Shown here in pieces: positions 37,735 through 48,213 of a stretch of 64,000 nt of DNA; positions within the stretch are counted from its first letter, which is position 1, and every line of letters begins with the position of its first letter. A model generated the notes under the pieces. That model saw only the letters and a list, made by a program, of their open reading frames with translations. It ran no database searches and was not told the origin of the DNA. The stretch comes from Chloroflexota bacterium (GTDB lineage: Bacteria; Chloroflexota; Anaerolineae; UBA7937; B3-Chlor), in the NCBI GenBank assembly GCA_030603665.1, contig JAUVXJ010000006.1, positions 54,781 through 118,780 on the forward strand. The letters run 5' to 3'. The position numbers and the translations under genes were made by a program.

Positions 37735-37769
37735 ATCAAGCTGCAGTACCGCGTGGAGGCAGCGGTGCT
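37728..37769 (+). repeat. 42-bp direct repeat, copy 2 (helicase stop plus hairpin)
   Basis: Matches 31606-31647; contains an AGTACCGC/GCGGTGCT stem. Confidence 0.85.
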
Positions 37770-37979
37770 TCTGGTTTAGTGTTATCCGTCCCAGCGGCGA
37801 GCCAGAACCAGGCCTGGATAACCAGGGGGCGGGTGAGGTGGTTGACGATGAGTGTTGCCAGGCGGGTGCGAAATCGTTCGATCATTGGAGGGTCCCTGCG
37901 CTTGTCACGCTGGCGACCATGTGGTGTGGAGGTGGTGCATCAGTGAGCACGGGCATCACGGATATGGGAGATAGACACT

Positions 37980-40535
37980 TCACGGCTGTTGGGGGTTGAT
38001 GACCTCTATCGTGCCCAAGGGAAAGCGGTCCTCCCATGCACCGGACTCTGACCAGAAGGGTATCGCCCCCCTCGCCACGTTCGCTCTCACGGCCTGCAAA
38101 GTCAAGGTCAGTGTGTAGGTTCCCGATGAGATGCCTTCTGGGATCCTAGGACCGCGCACCTCACGTACAAGCTCTTCTCGTGCCCACAGAGTGCTCGGGT
38201 AGGCACCACCAAGGCCTCGCTCCTCCTTGGCTACCACTCGCCCCTCGGCGTCTCTCAACTCCAACGTGGACTTGATGACCGGCAAGGGCACGTCCCAGGC
38301 GCGCCACAGGAGCGTGACGCGCATTTCACCCCCCAGTTCCACGTCCAGCGCGGGTAGCTCATATCCCGTCAGTTGCAGCACGTCTCCGAAGTTGGCCCAG
38401 GGCTCGTGGGGCATCCGCGGAGTGGGAGCAGGCACCAAGGGCCTCATCACTGTGATTGTCCCTATCGTCGCCCGTCCCGCAAGAGGGCCAACGCTCTCGC
38501 TCGCAGAGGTCTCGTACACCTCAACGATCAGCTTGTACTCCAAGGGAGGTGTGCCCGGCAGTATGTGGAGGTCGATCTCCTGAGAGATAGACCCTCCTCC
38601 AGCCTCCAAGGCCGCCATCGCCGATGTGCCAGCAATCGTCCACTCGCCGAGATCCGCATCCTCCTCAATCGCCAGTCCCAGGTGAACGCCATAGTCAGTC
38701 TCTGCCTCGTCGCCGCGTTGCCAGTGAAGACTCACCTGCAACTCGTCCCCGGACCTGGCTGCTTGCGGGGCATCGTAGGCAACCAGCCTTAGTCCTTTGG
38801 CGACCTCCTCATTCAGCAAATGATGAACGGGTTCGGTGGAGTACTCCTCCTCTCTCGTGGTCAGGTGGCACTGCACGCGCATGTAGCTCTCTCCGGCAAA
38901 CTGCTCCTCCCCCAGCATGCGCCCCTGCTCCTCCAGCCACTGCCGGATGAAACCCCGAGGATCGGTGACGGTATCGTAGATGCGATACACCCATACGCGG
39001 TCATGATGGGCAAAAACACGCTCCAGGGCCTGCGCTGTCTCCTCCTCACTCGTGGCGTAGAAGTCCGAAGCGGGATCTCCCCAGCCGAGGCTCTCGTCCC
39101 CCCCAATGCTGCCCGTCTGCAAGAGGATTGCCCCATCTCGTCCATCGCCGTCAGGCGGGTAGTCCACCAAGCGTCCCCGCCAGGCGACCCCGCCTTCATA
39201 GTAGTACAGAAACGCAGGATAGCTGTACCCGGCATTGATGAGAACGGCGTCGCCGGGGGCCATCGTCTCCTCGATGTAGTTCACGGCCGCCCGGTGATCG
39301 TCAGATGCATACTGCGGGTCGAAATGAAAGCGGTGGATCGAATAACCACAGGCGATGGTGATGATCAGCAGACTCAGCGGCAGAGCGATGCGTCTGCTAC
39401 GCCCCAGTCGTATGAGGCCTAGCGCCAGGAGCAGATAGAAGGGTGGGGAGTAGGTGAACACATACCTCACGTGGAACAGGGGCGTTCGTAGCGATAGGAG
39501 GTAGATGATGAGCACGGGCAGGAAGGTGTGGCCGCACAGAAGGATGCTCTTCACTCGGCCCCGATTCCCGACGGCGGCTTCTCGAAGTCCCAATAGATAG
39601 AGAGCGAACATGAAGGAAAGCACGGGCCAGACCAGCAGGCTCTCCGGATTCACGGACTGTCCCAGCGAGAGGGCTGTCCAGGACTGTATGATCACCGTTC
39701 CCAGGTCGGTGAAGCCGCGCCAGGGAGGAACGGGAGGAAATAGCGCCTGGCGCAGCGCAACGGGCAGCCATGGCAGATAGAGCACCAAGACCAGGCCCTG
39801 CGCCGATACCCAGCGACGCAGCGATACCACCCCTTGCCTCCCCCTGGGCCTCATCGCCAACCACCAGCCAATGACCAGAAGGTTCTGGAACAATATGAGG
39901 AACGCGAAGTAGTACAGAGTGTAGAGGCCAGCTGCTGAGGAGAGGATGTACGCCAGCCAGAGCTTCCACGTCCCTCCGCCCTGGACTTCTGGAGGCGCTT
40001 CGGCGCCGTCCAGATGCTCCCCTCCCTCATTCCTCGTCAGGCCCGCAAGCCTGATCAGGCAATAGAGCGATACGAGGCCCAGCAATGCGCCCAGGGTGTA
40101 CATGCGGACCTCTTGGGAGTACCAGAGGTTGAATGGAGACACGGCCACGAGGAAGGCCGTCAGCAGGCCGGCCCGCCTGCCGTACAGCTCGGTCCCCAGG
40201 CGGTAGCACGCGGCGATGATCAGAGTCCCAAAGACCAGGGAGAAGAAGGCTGCGGAGAACTCGCTGCTACCGGCAGCCAGAATCCAGAAGTGAAGCAAGT
40301 AGTAGTAGAGAGGAGGGTGAATGTCCCTGGCGGTGTGGAGGGTGAGACTCCCGAGGTCCTTCATCGCCAGGTGCATGCTCACGGCTTCGTCGTACCACAG
40401 ACTCTGGTACCCCAGCCGATAGAACCGCAACGCGAAGGCGAGGAGCAAGAGGAGGACCAGCAGGGCCATCACGCCCCTTGGAGACTCCCATCTGACCAGA
40501 CCTCTCAACGAGTTCGCCCAACGGGTTGCACGCAC
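37980..40535 (-). CDS. GT-C fold membrane glycosyltransferase (ArnT/PMT-like) with C-terminal extracellular domains
   Basis: QSLWYDEA, DIHPPLYY, YSQEVRMY, multi-TM, then repeated L.GY...L.W / G.Y.L domains. Confidence 0.85.
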   Translation of the reverse strand: MRATRWANSLRGLVRWESPRGVMALLVLLLLLAFALRFYRLGYQSLWYDEAVSMHLAMKDLGSLTLHTARDIHPPLYYYLLHFWILAAGSSEFSAAFFSLVFGTLIIAACYRLGTELYGRRAGLLTAFLVAVSPFNLWYSQEVRMYTLGALLGLVSLYCLIRLAGLTRNEGGEHLDGAEAPPEVQGGGTWKLWLAYILSSAAGLYTLYYFAFLILFQNLLVIGWWLAMRPRGRQGVVSLRRWVSAQGLVLVLYLPWLPVALRQALFPPVPPWRGFTDLGTVIIQSWTALSLGQSVNPESLLVWPVLSFMFALYLLGLREAAVGNRGRVKSILLCGHTFLPVLIIYLLSLRTPLFHVRYVFTYSPPFYLLLALGLIRLGRSRRIALPLSLLIITIACGYSIHRFHFDPQYASDDHRAAVNYIEETMAPGDAVLINAGYSYPAFLYYYEGGVAWRGRLVDYPPDGDGRDGAILLQTGSIGGDESLGWGDPASDFYATSEEETAQALERVFAHHDRVWVYRIYDTVTDPRGFIRQWLEEQGRMLGEEQFAGESYMRVQCHLTTREEEYSTEPVHHLLNEEVAKGLRLVAYDAPQAARSGDELQVSLHWQRGDEAETDYGVHLGLAIEEDADLGEWTIAGTSAMAALEAGGGSISQEIDLHILPGTPPLEYKLIVEVYETSASESVGPLAGRATIGTITVMRPLVPAPTPRMPHEPWANFGDVLQLTGYELPALDVELGGEMRVTLLWRAWDVPLPVIKSTLELRDAEGRVVAKEERGLGGAYPSTLWAREELVREVRGPRIPEGISSGTYTLTLTLQAVRANVARGAIPFWSESGAWEDRFPLGTIEVINPQQP

Positions 40536-40633
40536 CTGACCTATCCACCCCTGCTACGCATCACTGTACTGCTATTTCGCTATCGTAACATACCTGGATT
40601 CGTACCACCAACTTTCGAATTCGAGGTATGATG

Positions 40634-40642
40634 TGCTATAAT
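40634..40642 (+). promoter_or_regulatory. Extended -10 promoter element
   Basis: TGcTATAAT about 45 bp upstream of 40687, in a divergent intergenic region. Confidence 0.5.
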
Positions 40643-40686
40643 GTCAACCTGCTCGGGAATCATCCGCAGTACCATCAGAGTGCACG

Positions 40687-41547
40687 GTGATACATCCACT
40701 CCTCGTAGGTTTGCTGCTTCTCATCTTTGTGGGCGGACTTGCGGCCTTGCTCTATCGGGGTCTGCTGATGAGCCTCGCTGTCAGGTTGCTGGCATCCCGC
40801 CTCTCAAATGCCGCCAAACGCCACCGCCTTGGGATTCACTTTGGTCATCACGAGGGGGGTTGGATCCGACTCACCCTTCAGGCCGATCTGAGAAAGGTTC
40901 TTTCACAAGTTCTGGGCTATCCCGCGGAGGGAGCGGCTTACTCCCGGTTTGGAGGCTTCAACCTCAGCCGACTATACTCGGACTTCATGAATCCAGACTC
41001 CCCCTACTACCAATGCTGGCTCGGGGCCTACGCAGTCTTCGATAGCGAATCCAGGAAGGCCTTCGGCTTCGATGCGCAGGGTGAGTTGGTGCATGAGGCC
41101 GCCCTCGCCGTTCTTGAGGCGGACCAGCGCCTTGTCTTTCGAAGCGCTGGTTGCTCCCACAGGTTCCCCAATGGCAACGCCGTCAGGCTCAAAGGCCAGC
41201 TGGAGGCAGAGGTCAGGGAGGAGAACGGATTGTCGTGGTGGTGCATCTGGGGCGAGGCAGACACCTGGTCTGCCTACCACAAGGGCCCCAGCCCCGGCGG
41301 CGGCCTTCGTAGCAGGGTGTACGGCGTAGTCCCACACTCAGCCACCCACGATGTGGACGACTACCATCCCCTTCGCTATCGAGGCGAATTCTGGATGCGC
41401 TATTTTCCCGAATACGGGGCTACCTGCGCCAAGTTCTATATCTGTCCTTCGTACGATGATCAGCGAGGTCAGAAAGTGACCCCGCAGCAGGAACTCATCG
41501 TCGAATGCCAACAGCTACTGAAGACAATCGCTTTCAGTCGAGACTAG
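40687..41547 (+). CDS. Hypothetical protein with N-terminal membrane anchor
   Basis: 286 aa; first gene of an apparent operon with cobO and the mutase; no recognised motif. Confidence 0.6.
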   Translation: MIHPLLVGLLLLIFVGGLAALLYRGLLMSLAVRLLASRLSNAAKRHRLGIHFGHHEGGWIRLTLQADLRKVLSQVLGYPAEGAAYSRFGGFNLSRLYSDFMNPDSPYYQCWLGAYAVFDSESRKAFGFDAQGELVHEAALAVLEADQRLVFRSAGCSHRFPNGNAVRLKGQLEAEVREENGLSWWCIWGEADTWSAYHKGPSPGGGLRSRVYGVVPHSATHDVDDYHPLRYRGEFWMRYFPEYGATCAKFYICPSYDDQRGQKVTPQQELIVECQQLLKTIAFSRD

Positions 41548-41552
41548 CAGGG

Positions 41553-42080
41553 ATGGACTCCAGGAAAGGTCTTATACAGGTTTACACCGGGCATGGCAAG
41601 GGCAAGACCACCGCTGCGCTGGGTCAGGCGATGCGCGCTGCGGGCCAGGGTCTGAAAGTATACATGGTGCAGTTCATGAAGGGCTGGCCCTACTATGGCG
41701 AACTGGACACGGTGGCCCATCACCCCAACATAACCCTCAAGCAGTTCGGTCGCCCGGACTATGTGAACAAGGAACATCCCGAGCCAGTTGACATCCGCAT
41801 GGCTCAAGAGGCCTTGACACACAGCGCAGAGATAGTGAAGAGTGGCCAGTACGATTTGGTGATCCTGGACGAGATCAACGTGGCTCTCGAATGGAACCTG
41901 ATCCAACTGGATGACGTGATATCACTCCTCGAGGCCAAGCCAGAGGAGGTGGAGTTGATCCTCACGGGGCGCTACGCTCATCCCGAGGTCATCGCTCGCG
42001 CCGATCTGGCGACGGAGATGAGGGAGATCAAACATCCCTACCAGAAGGGCATTGTCAGTCGCCGAGGCATAGAATACTGA
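41553..42080 (+). CDS. cobO: ATP:cob(I)alamin adenosyltransferase (CobO/BtuR/CobA type)
   Basis: VYTGHGKGKTTAALG, QFMKG, DLVILDEI, ILTGR, KHPY...GIEY. Confidence 0.93.
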   Translation: MDSRKGLIQVYTGHGKGKTTAALGQAMRAAGQGLKVYMVQFMKGWPYYGELDTVAHHPNITLKQFGRPDYVNKEHPEPVDIRMAQEALTHSAEIVKSGQYDLVILDEINVALEWNLIQLDDVISLLEAKPEEVELILTGRYAHPEVIARADLATEMREIKHPYQKGIVSRRGIEY

Positions 42081-42092
42081 GGGGATACGTAG

Positions 42093-43772
42093 ATGTTTGA
42101 CAAGGACACGCTTGAGTCAATCCGCGAAGGCCGCGAACGCTGGGAGGAAACTACCCTGCAGCAGCATCTCGCTCAGCACCCCGAACGAAAGGACAAGTTC
42201 ACCACGGTCTCTGGCGAGGAGATTCAACGGCTGTATACGCCGCTGGACATCGCTGATCTGGACTATGAGCGGGACCTGGGGATGCCAGGCGAATACCCCT
42301 ACACCAGAGGCGTCCACCCCACCATGTACCGGGGCCGGCCTTGGACGATGCGCATGTTCGCAGGCTATGGGACTGCTGAGGAGACCAACGCCCGCTTCAA
42401 GTACCTTCGGGAGCACGGCGAGACTGGGCTATCCGTGGCTTTCGACTACCCCACGCTCTACGGCTACGACGCGGACGACCCAGAAGCCATCGGTGAGTTC
42501 GGTAAGTGTGGGGTCGCCATCTCCTCTATCAAGGATATGCAAATACTATTCGACGGTATCCCTCTGGGCGACGTCACCACCTCCATGACCATCAATGGGC
42601 CCGCCGCCATCGTGTGGGCCATGTACATCGGCGCCGCCGAGAGACAGGGATACACCCCACAGCAGTTGGGCGGCACCATTCAGAACGATATCTTGAAAGA
42701 ATACATCGCTCAGAAATCCTTCATCTTCCCGCCGCAGCCTTCCATGCGCCTCATCGTGGACACCTTCGAGTACGGCTCCAAACACCTGCCCAGGTGGAAC
42801 ACAATCTCCATTAGCGGTTACCACATCCGAGAAGCAGGCGCCACCGCGGTCCAGGAACTGGCCTTCACCCTGGCCGATGGCCTGGCCTACGTGCAGGCCG
42901 CCATCGAGCGCGGACTGGACGTCGATGAGTTTGCGCCGCGCCTGTCCTTCTTCTTCAACGCCCACAATGACTTTTTCGAGGAGATAGCTAAATACCGGGC
43001 GGCTCGTCGCATCTGGGCCCGGGAGATGCGCGGGCGGTTCAAGCCCAAGGACCCTCGGTCTTCGTGGATGCGTTTCCATACTCAAACCGCGGGTGTCAGC
43101 CTCACCGCCCAGCAACCGGAGAACAACGTCGCCCGCGTCGCCATCCAGGCCCTGGCCGCCGTTCTCGGAGGCACCCAATCCCTCCACACCTGCTCCATGG
43201 ACGAGGCTCTCGCTCTACCCAGCGAACTCGCGGCGCGCATCGCCCTGAGAACCCAACAGATCATCGACCACGAGAGCGGCGTCGCCAACACCGTAGATCC
43301 GCTGGGGGGCAGCTTTCTCCTGGAGAGCCTCACCAACCAGATGGAGGAGGAGACCTACGAGATCTTTGCCAAGATAGAAGATTTCGGAGGGGTAATACCC
43401 GCCATTGAAGCAGGCTACTTCCAGAACGAAATCGCCCAGAGCGCATATCGCTACCAACGGGAGGTCGACACACAGCGACGGATTATCGTGGGCGTTAACG
43501 ATTACCAGCTTGACGAGCCCCTGACCGTTCCACTGCTCAAGATGGATCTCGAGGGGTATGAGCGACAGCTGAACCGCCTGAACAAGCTCAAGCAAGAGCG
43601 CGACAACGACGAAGTAAGAGGGCGATTGGATGCTCTGCGTGAGACTGCTGAGGGCACTGAGAACCTCATGCCGCCTATCCTCGATGCCGTGCGAGCACAC
43701 GCCACCCTGGGTGAGACCTGCGGCGTCTTGAGAGAGGTCTTCGGCGAGTATCGGGAGCCGATCATCATCTGA
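42093..43772 (+). CDS. B12-dependent acyl-CoA mutase large subunit, isobutyryl-CoA-mutase type
   Basis: [45 protein letters not shown]; lacks the DxHxxG B12-binding domain. Confidence 0.9.
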   Translation: MFDKDTLESIREGRERWEETTLQQHLAQHPERKDKFTTVSGEEIQRLYTPLDIADLDYERDLGMPGEYPYTRGVHPTMYRGRPWTMRMFAGYGTAEETNARFKYLREHGETGLSVAFDYPTLYGYDADDPEAIGEFGKCGVAISSIKDMQILFDGIPLGDVTTSMTINGPAAIVWAMYIGAAERQGYTPQQLGGTIQNDILKEYIAQKSFIFPPQPSMRLIVDTFEYGSKHLPRWNTISISGYHIREAGATAVQELAFTLADGLAYVQAAIERGLDVDEFAPRLSFFFNAHNDFFEEIAKYRAARRIWAREMRGRFKPKDPRSSWMRFHTQTAGVSLTAQQPENNVARVAIQALAAVLGGTQSLHTCSMDEALALPSELAARIALRTQQIIDHESGVANTVDPLGGSFLLESLTNQMEEETYEIFAKIEDFGGVIPAIEAGYFQNEIAQSAYRYQREVDTQRRIIVGVNDYQLDEPLTVPLLKMDLEGYERQLNRLNKLKQERDNDEVRGRLDALRETAEGTENLMPPILDAVRAHATLGETCGVLREVFGEYREPIII

Positions 43773-44095
43773 GCTGACCCACCCCCACCACGGCGCACCT
43801 TCTCCCCCACTTTGGAAACCTGACGGGGTTGGCCATCCAGTTCCCGATCAATCCGCGTCGCCAGCATCAGCGAGGGTCATCCAGGCGCTCAAGTTGCCTC
43901 GCTTGCTCCGGTAGAACAGGTGGATTATCATACTCACCAAATCCGGACCGCTACCTGGTGAGCAGCATCAGTCCGCAGGCAACGTGCCATCCCGAGCATG
44001 GAACTGCATGGTCCTGAGGCTGCGCGCCGATCCGATCCTGAGGAGAAGCAGCGCCAGAACGGTCATGCTATGCTGGACGAGAAGGAGACAAGGAA

Positions 44096-45568
44096 ATGAA
44101 AACAAAGAGCTTCACCATCTTGCACTCCAACGACATGCACGGAGACTTCCTGGCGGAAGTTCAGGGCGCCGAAGGTAATCTGATCGGGGGACTGGCCCTG
44201 CTCTCGAGCTATATCAACAAGGTTCGACAAGAGGAGGAAAACGTTCTTTACGTCATCTCCGGGGATATGCTCCAGGGGTCCATGATCGACTCAGAATACA
44301 GAGGCATATCCACAATCGAGATCATGAACTATCTGTCCCCGGACGTCGTCACTCTCGGCAACCACGAAGTGGACTACGGTCTGCCTCACCTCCTCTTTCT
44401 GGAGAAGATGGCCAACTTCCCCATCGTCAACGCCAACCTCTACATCAGCAAGTACAACAGACGGCTGATGCGACCTTACGTCGTCCTGAACGTGGCCGGG
44501 TTCGACATCATGTTCATCGGCATCATCACCGAAGCTGTCCTTCAATCATTGAGAACTGACCAGCAGATTGCCACCTTCATCTCGTTGGAGGACGCAAGCC
44601 AGGAAGTGGGCAAGATCTGCAACGCGTACAAAGGCGAGGATATCGATCTGACCGTTCTGCTCACACACATAGGGTTCGAATCCGACCAGGAACTCGCAGC
44701 GCTCCTCAGGCCAGAATGGGGGGTTGACATGATCATCGGCGGTCACTCGCACACCATTCTGGAACAGCCCGCCCTGGTCGATGACATCCTGATTGCGCAG
44801 GCGGGCACAGGTACTGATCAGATCGGCCGTTTCGATATCGTCGTAGATGACGACACCAACAGCATCGTGGAGTGGAAGTGGCAACTCATCCCCATCGACA
44901 GCAGCATCGCGGAGCCGGATGAAGATCTACGGCGGTTCATCGACTCGTTCAAGACGGAGGTGGACAGGAAATACAACGTGGTGGTCTGCCGGTTTGCCCA
45001 GAAGCTGACCCATCCCCGGCGAGAGGAAGAAACAGCCTTGGGGAACCTGTTTGCCGACATCTTCGCTCAGCGAGCCCAGGCCGACGCCATGTTCCTGGGC
45101 AGCGGCTCGATCCGGGGGAAAGAGCTGGGCCCCTTGGTCACGCTGGGGGACCTCAGGAGCATTTTCGCTTTCGACGATACCCTCTTCAAACTCACCGTCA
45201 CCGGTGCCCAGCTCAAGAAGATCTTCTCCCACATCATGCGGGCAGAAAACAGAAACAGCGAGGGCGAGTGCTACCAGGTCAACCAGGGAGTGAAGGCGGT
45301 CTACCTGGATGCTTCTGGCGAGCTGGAGTCTCTGGCCATACGGGGGCAGCCGGTGATGGACGATGGGGGGTATACTATCTGCCTGCAGGGGTACCACTAC
45401 ACCAACAGCGAGCCCAATCTCGGATTGACCGACGAGGAACTCACTGCAATCCACTCCCCAAAGGTGGTCACCACCTCAGCCCAAGACGTTCTCGAAGAGC
45501 ACCTGAGGGGAATCCAAAATCTCAGCAGCAAAGTGGAGGGGAGACTCGTATTCAAGGCCACCCCATGA
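44096..45568 (+). CDS. Bifunctional metallophosphatase / 5'-nucleotidase (cytoplasmic)
   Basis: NDMHG, GD, GNHE, THIG, GGHSH motifs plus a C-terminal nucleotidase domain; no signal peptide. Confidence 0.88.
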   Translation: MKTKSFTILHSNDMHGDFLAEVQGAEGNLIGGLALLSSYINKVRQEEENVLYVISGDMLQGSMIDSEYRGISTIEIMNYLSPDVVTLGNHEVDYGLPHLLFLEKMANFPIVNANLYISKYNRRLMRPYVVLNVAGFDIMFIGIITEAVLQSLRTDQQIATFISLEDASQEVGKICNAYKGEDIDLTVLLTHIGFESDQELAALLRPEWGVDMIIGGHSHTILEQPALVDDILIAQAGTGTDQIGRFDIVVDDDTNSIVEWKWQLIPIDSSIAEPDEDLRRFIDSFKTEVDRKYNVVVCRFAQKLTHPRREEETALGNLFADIFAQRAQADAMFLGSGSIRGKELGPLVTLGDLRSIFAFDDTLFKLTVTGAQLKKIFSHIMRAENRNSEGECYQVNQGVKAVYLDASGELESLAIRGQPVMDDGGYTICLQGYHYTNSEPNLGLTDEELTAIHSPKVVTTSAQDVLEEHLRGIQNLSSKVEGRLVFKATP

Positions 45569-45624
45569 TCTTGATGAGGGGAACTCGATGGCCAGGTTGA
45601 ATGGCATGATAGTCAAACAGCTCG

Positions 45625-46863
45625 GTGCCCGGAGTACAGCCCATGCCTGTTGAAAACGTCCAAGCGTTGCTGGACCTGGATCCAACACTGATGCCCTGGG
45701 CGCTGGGCGGCGCTCTGGTTGTCTTGTGCGTGCCAGTGTTCCTGATCGCCCGCTATTTCGTCGCCCGAGGCCTGGTGTACCTGTCCGTGCGCACCAAGAA
45801 CAGGTACGACGATGTTATCGTGGACAAGCTGCGGCCGTTCCGTTTTGCCTGGGTCGCGCCGCTGCTGGTGATCTACTACCTCGCGGGCATGCTACCGGAG
45901 AGCGCCTAATTCATCCGCCAAATCGTGTTACTGCTCATCCTCTGGCTGGTGGTGCTCACCATCAACTCGATTCTCAACGGACTGAACGCGATTTACGAAG
46001 CCAGCGACCTCTTCCGCGGCGTGTCCATCCAGGGCTACCTCGATCTGGCCAAGCTTGGTTTGATCGTGGGCACCCTCATCGTGACGGCTTCGGTGTTTAC
46101 CGGCCAGTCGCCGGTGGTGCTGCTGAGCGGGCTGGGCGTGGTGATGGCACTGCTGGTCCTCATGTTCCGTGACACAATGCTCTCGTTCGTGGCCAGCGTG
46201 CAGATCAGCTCCAGCGACCTGGTAAGGGAGGGTGACTGGATCGAGGTGCCATCCTATGAGGCGGACGGGACCGTAATGAACATCTCTCTCCATAGGGTGA
46301 AGGTCCGGAACTGGGACAAGACCATTACGGTGATCCCAACGCACAAGCTGATGGAGGCCCCCTTCAAGAATTGGCGGGGCATGCAAGAGAGCGGCGGACG
46401 ACGTATCAAGCGCGCCATCTACGTCGACCTGAACAGCATCAGGTTCTGTGACCGAGAGACGCTCGAGCGATTCAAGGACATCGATTTGATCAAGGACTAC
46501 TTGGAAGCCAAGTTGTCTGGAGTCGAGCAAACGGGTTCTGTGCCCGTGAGCGTGGATGGTTCACCCACCGCGCCGCAGCTCACCAACATGGAAGTATTCC
46601 AGGCCTACGTCACCAACTACCTGAAAGGTCGTGCGGACCTCCATCAAGAGGGCATGACCCTACTCGTGCGCCAACTGGCCCCCGGTCCAACCGGCCTGCC
46701 GCTAGAGATCTATCCGTTCACAAAGACGGTGGACTGGGTCGAATACGAAGCCATCCATGCCGAGATTCTTGATCACCTAGTGGGGGCGATGCCGCAATTC
46801 GACCTGCGCGTGTTCCAGGAACCCACCGGGGCGGATTTCCGAGCTTTGGTCAAGCTGCCGTAG
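45625..46863 (+). pseudogene. MscS-family (YbdG-like) mechanosensitive channel interrupted by an in-frame TAA at 45907-45909
   Basis: ORFs 45625-45909 and 45925-46863 are in the same frame; GDWIE..ADG.V, KVRNWDKTI, NWRGMQESGGRRIKR, GLPLEIY. Confidence 0.8.
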
Positions 46864-46970
46864 GCAGCCCAATATTGGCTAGCAGCGATCAGCGCCGTGC
46901 TCCGGTGGCACATGGGGACACGCCGGTGATGTGACCGCTGGGGTGGATCATCGGCGCTTCGTACACGACT

Positions 46971-47849
46971 TCATAGACTCTGTCGTTTGCTGGGCTCGGC
47001 GCGGAGACCAGCACTGAGGAAATCCAATACCAGTTCATTCAGCTCCTCTGGGCGCTCCACCTGAGGTAGGTGACCACAGCGCTCCAGCACGCGTAGCTCA
47101 GAGTTGGGGATCAGGTCTCTGGCGCGGTAGGCATGGGCCAGGGGTATTGCCGCATCCTGACGCCCCCAGATGATGAGAGTTGGCACCTCCATCACCGCCA
47201 GCTCCCGACGCAACTCGCTCAGCATCTCCTCGCGCTGGCCCCGCAGATTGACGCCCATTCTGGCCACTTTGAGCGTGTTCTTTCTCACCGCTGGTGATCT
47301 CAGGACCACGGCGGCATCCGAGAACCATTGGTCGTCTATGGAGTCAGGACGGCAAAACGTCCACCTCTTGAGCGAGGGGAAAAGCCTCTGATAGCTCCTG
47401 AACACCAGATCTCCCAGCACGGGAACCGACCACAGCCGCAGATGCGCGCTTAGCTCTCGACCGAACCCAGCGCTGCCCACCAATACCAGATTCCTCACCC
47501 GCTCGGGGAACTGCACAGCGGTCTGCGCGCATACGACGCCACCGAGGGAGTTCCCCGCCAGGCTTGCCCGCTCTATCCCCACCGCGTCCATGAAGTCCGC
47601 CATGAACGCTGCCCCGTTGACCAGCGAGAAATCCTCGATCTCCTTATCCGATTTGCCAAAGCCGGGGAGATCCAGCGCATACACGCGATGCCGTGCCGCT
47701 AGCGGTCTAACGTTGTACTGCCAGAATTCCACCGAGGCGGCAAGGCCAGGCACCAGAATCAATGCAGGACCGTCGCCCTCCACCCAGAAGCGGATTCCAC
47801 GGCCGCCCACGTGGACGTACTGATCGTCATACCTCGGAAGATCCACCAC
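46971..47849 (-). CDS. Alpha/beta fold hydrolase
   Basis: DLPGFGKS, GNSLGG nucleophile elbow, WGRQD, CGHLPQVE. Confidence 0.9.
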   Translation of the reverse strand: MVDLPRYDDQYVHVGGRGIRFWVEGDGPALILVPGLAASVEFWQYNVRPLAARHRVYALDLPGFGKSDKEIEDFSLVNGAAFMADFMDAVGIERASLAGNSLGGVVCAQTAVQFPERVRNLVLVGSAGFGRELSAHLRLWSVPVLGDLVFRSYQRLFPSLKRWTFCRPDSIDDQWFSDAAVVLRSPAVRKNTLKVARMGVNLRGQREEMLSELRRELAVMEVPTLIIWGRQDAAIPLAHAYRARDLIPNSELRVLERCGHLPQVERPEELNELVLDFLSAGLRAEPSKRQSL

Positions 47850-48213
47850 AATACTTCGCGCCTAGTGCGGACATTGCGCACACGAGTTGATTAGCGACCT
47901 GGTGCCAACCCCCGCCACCAGACCGGCCGCGCTCCTGATCGGCGAAGTCGATGATGGTAGTGGTGCCACCACTGGCCGCCTCCACTGTGCCTGTGACGAG
48001 GTGATCACTGGACACGGTCCCACCGACCGGAAGCTGCATATGTGTATGTACATCCACCCCGCCGGGAAAAACGTAGTGCCCTTCCGCATCTATGACCTCG
48101 TTGCCCTCGAGGTCCTTGCCAATGCGGGCGATCTTGCCGCTCATGATCGCTATGTCCGCCTTGTAGGTTTCGCCGGCGGATACTACGGTGCCGTTCCGAA
48201 CGACAGTTTCCAT
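47827..48213 (-). pseudogene. Truncated dihydropyrimidinase/cyclic amidohydrolase (N-terminal ~95 aa only)
   Basis: VFPGGVDVHTH and AASGGTTTIIDF, after which similarity ends; full-length enzymes are much longer. Confidence 0.75.
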
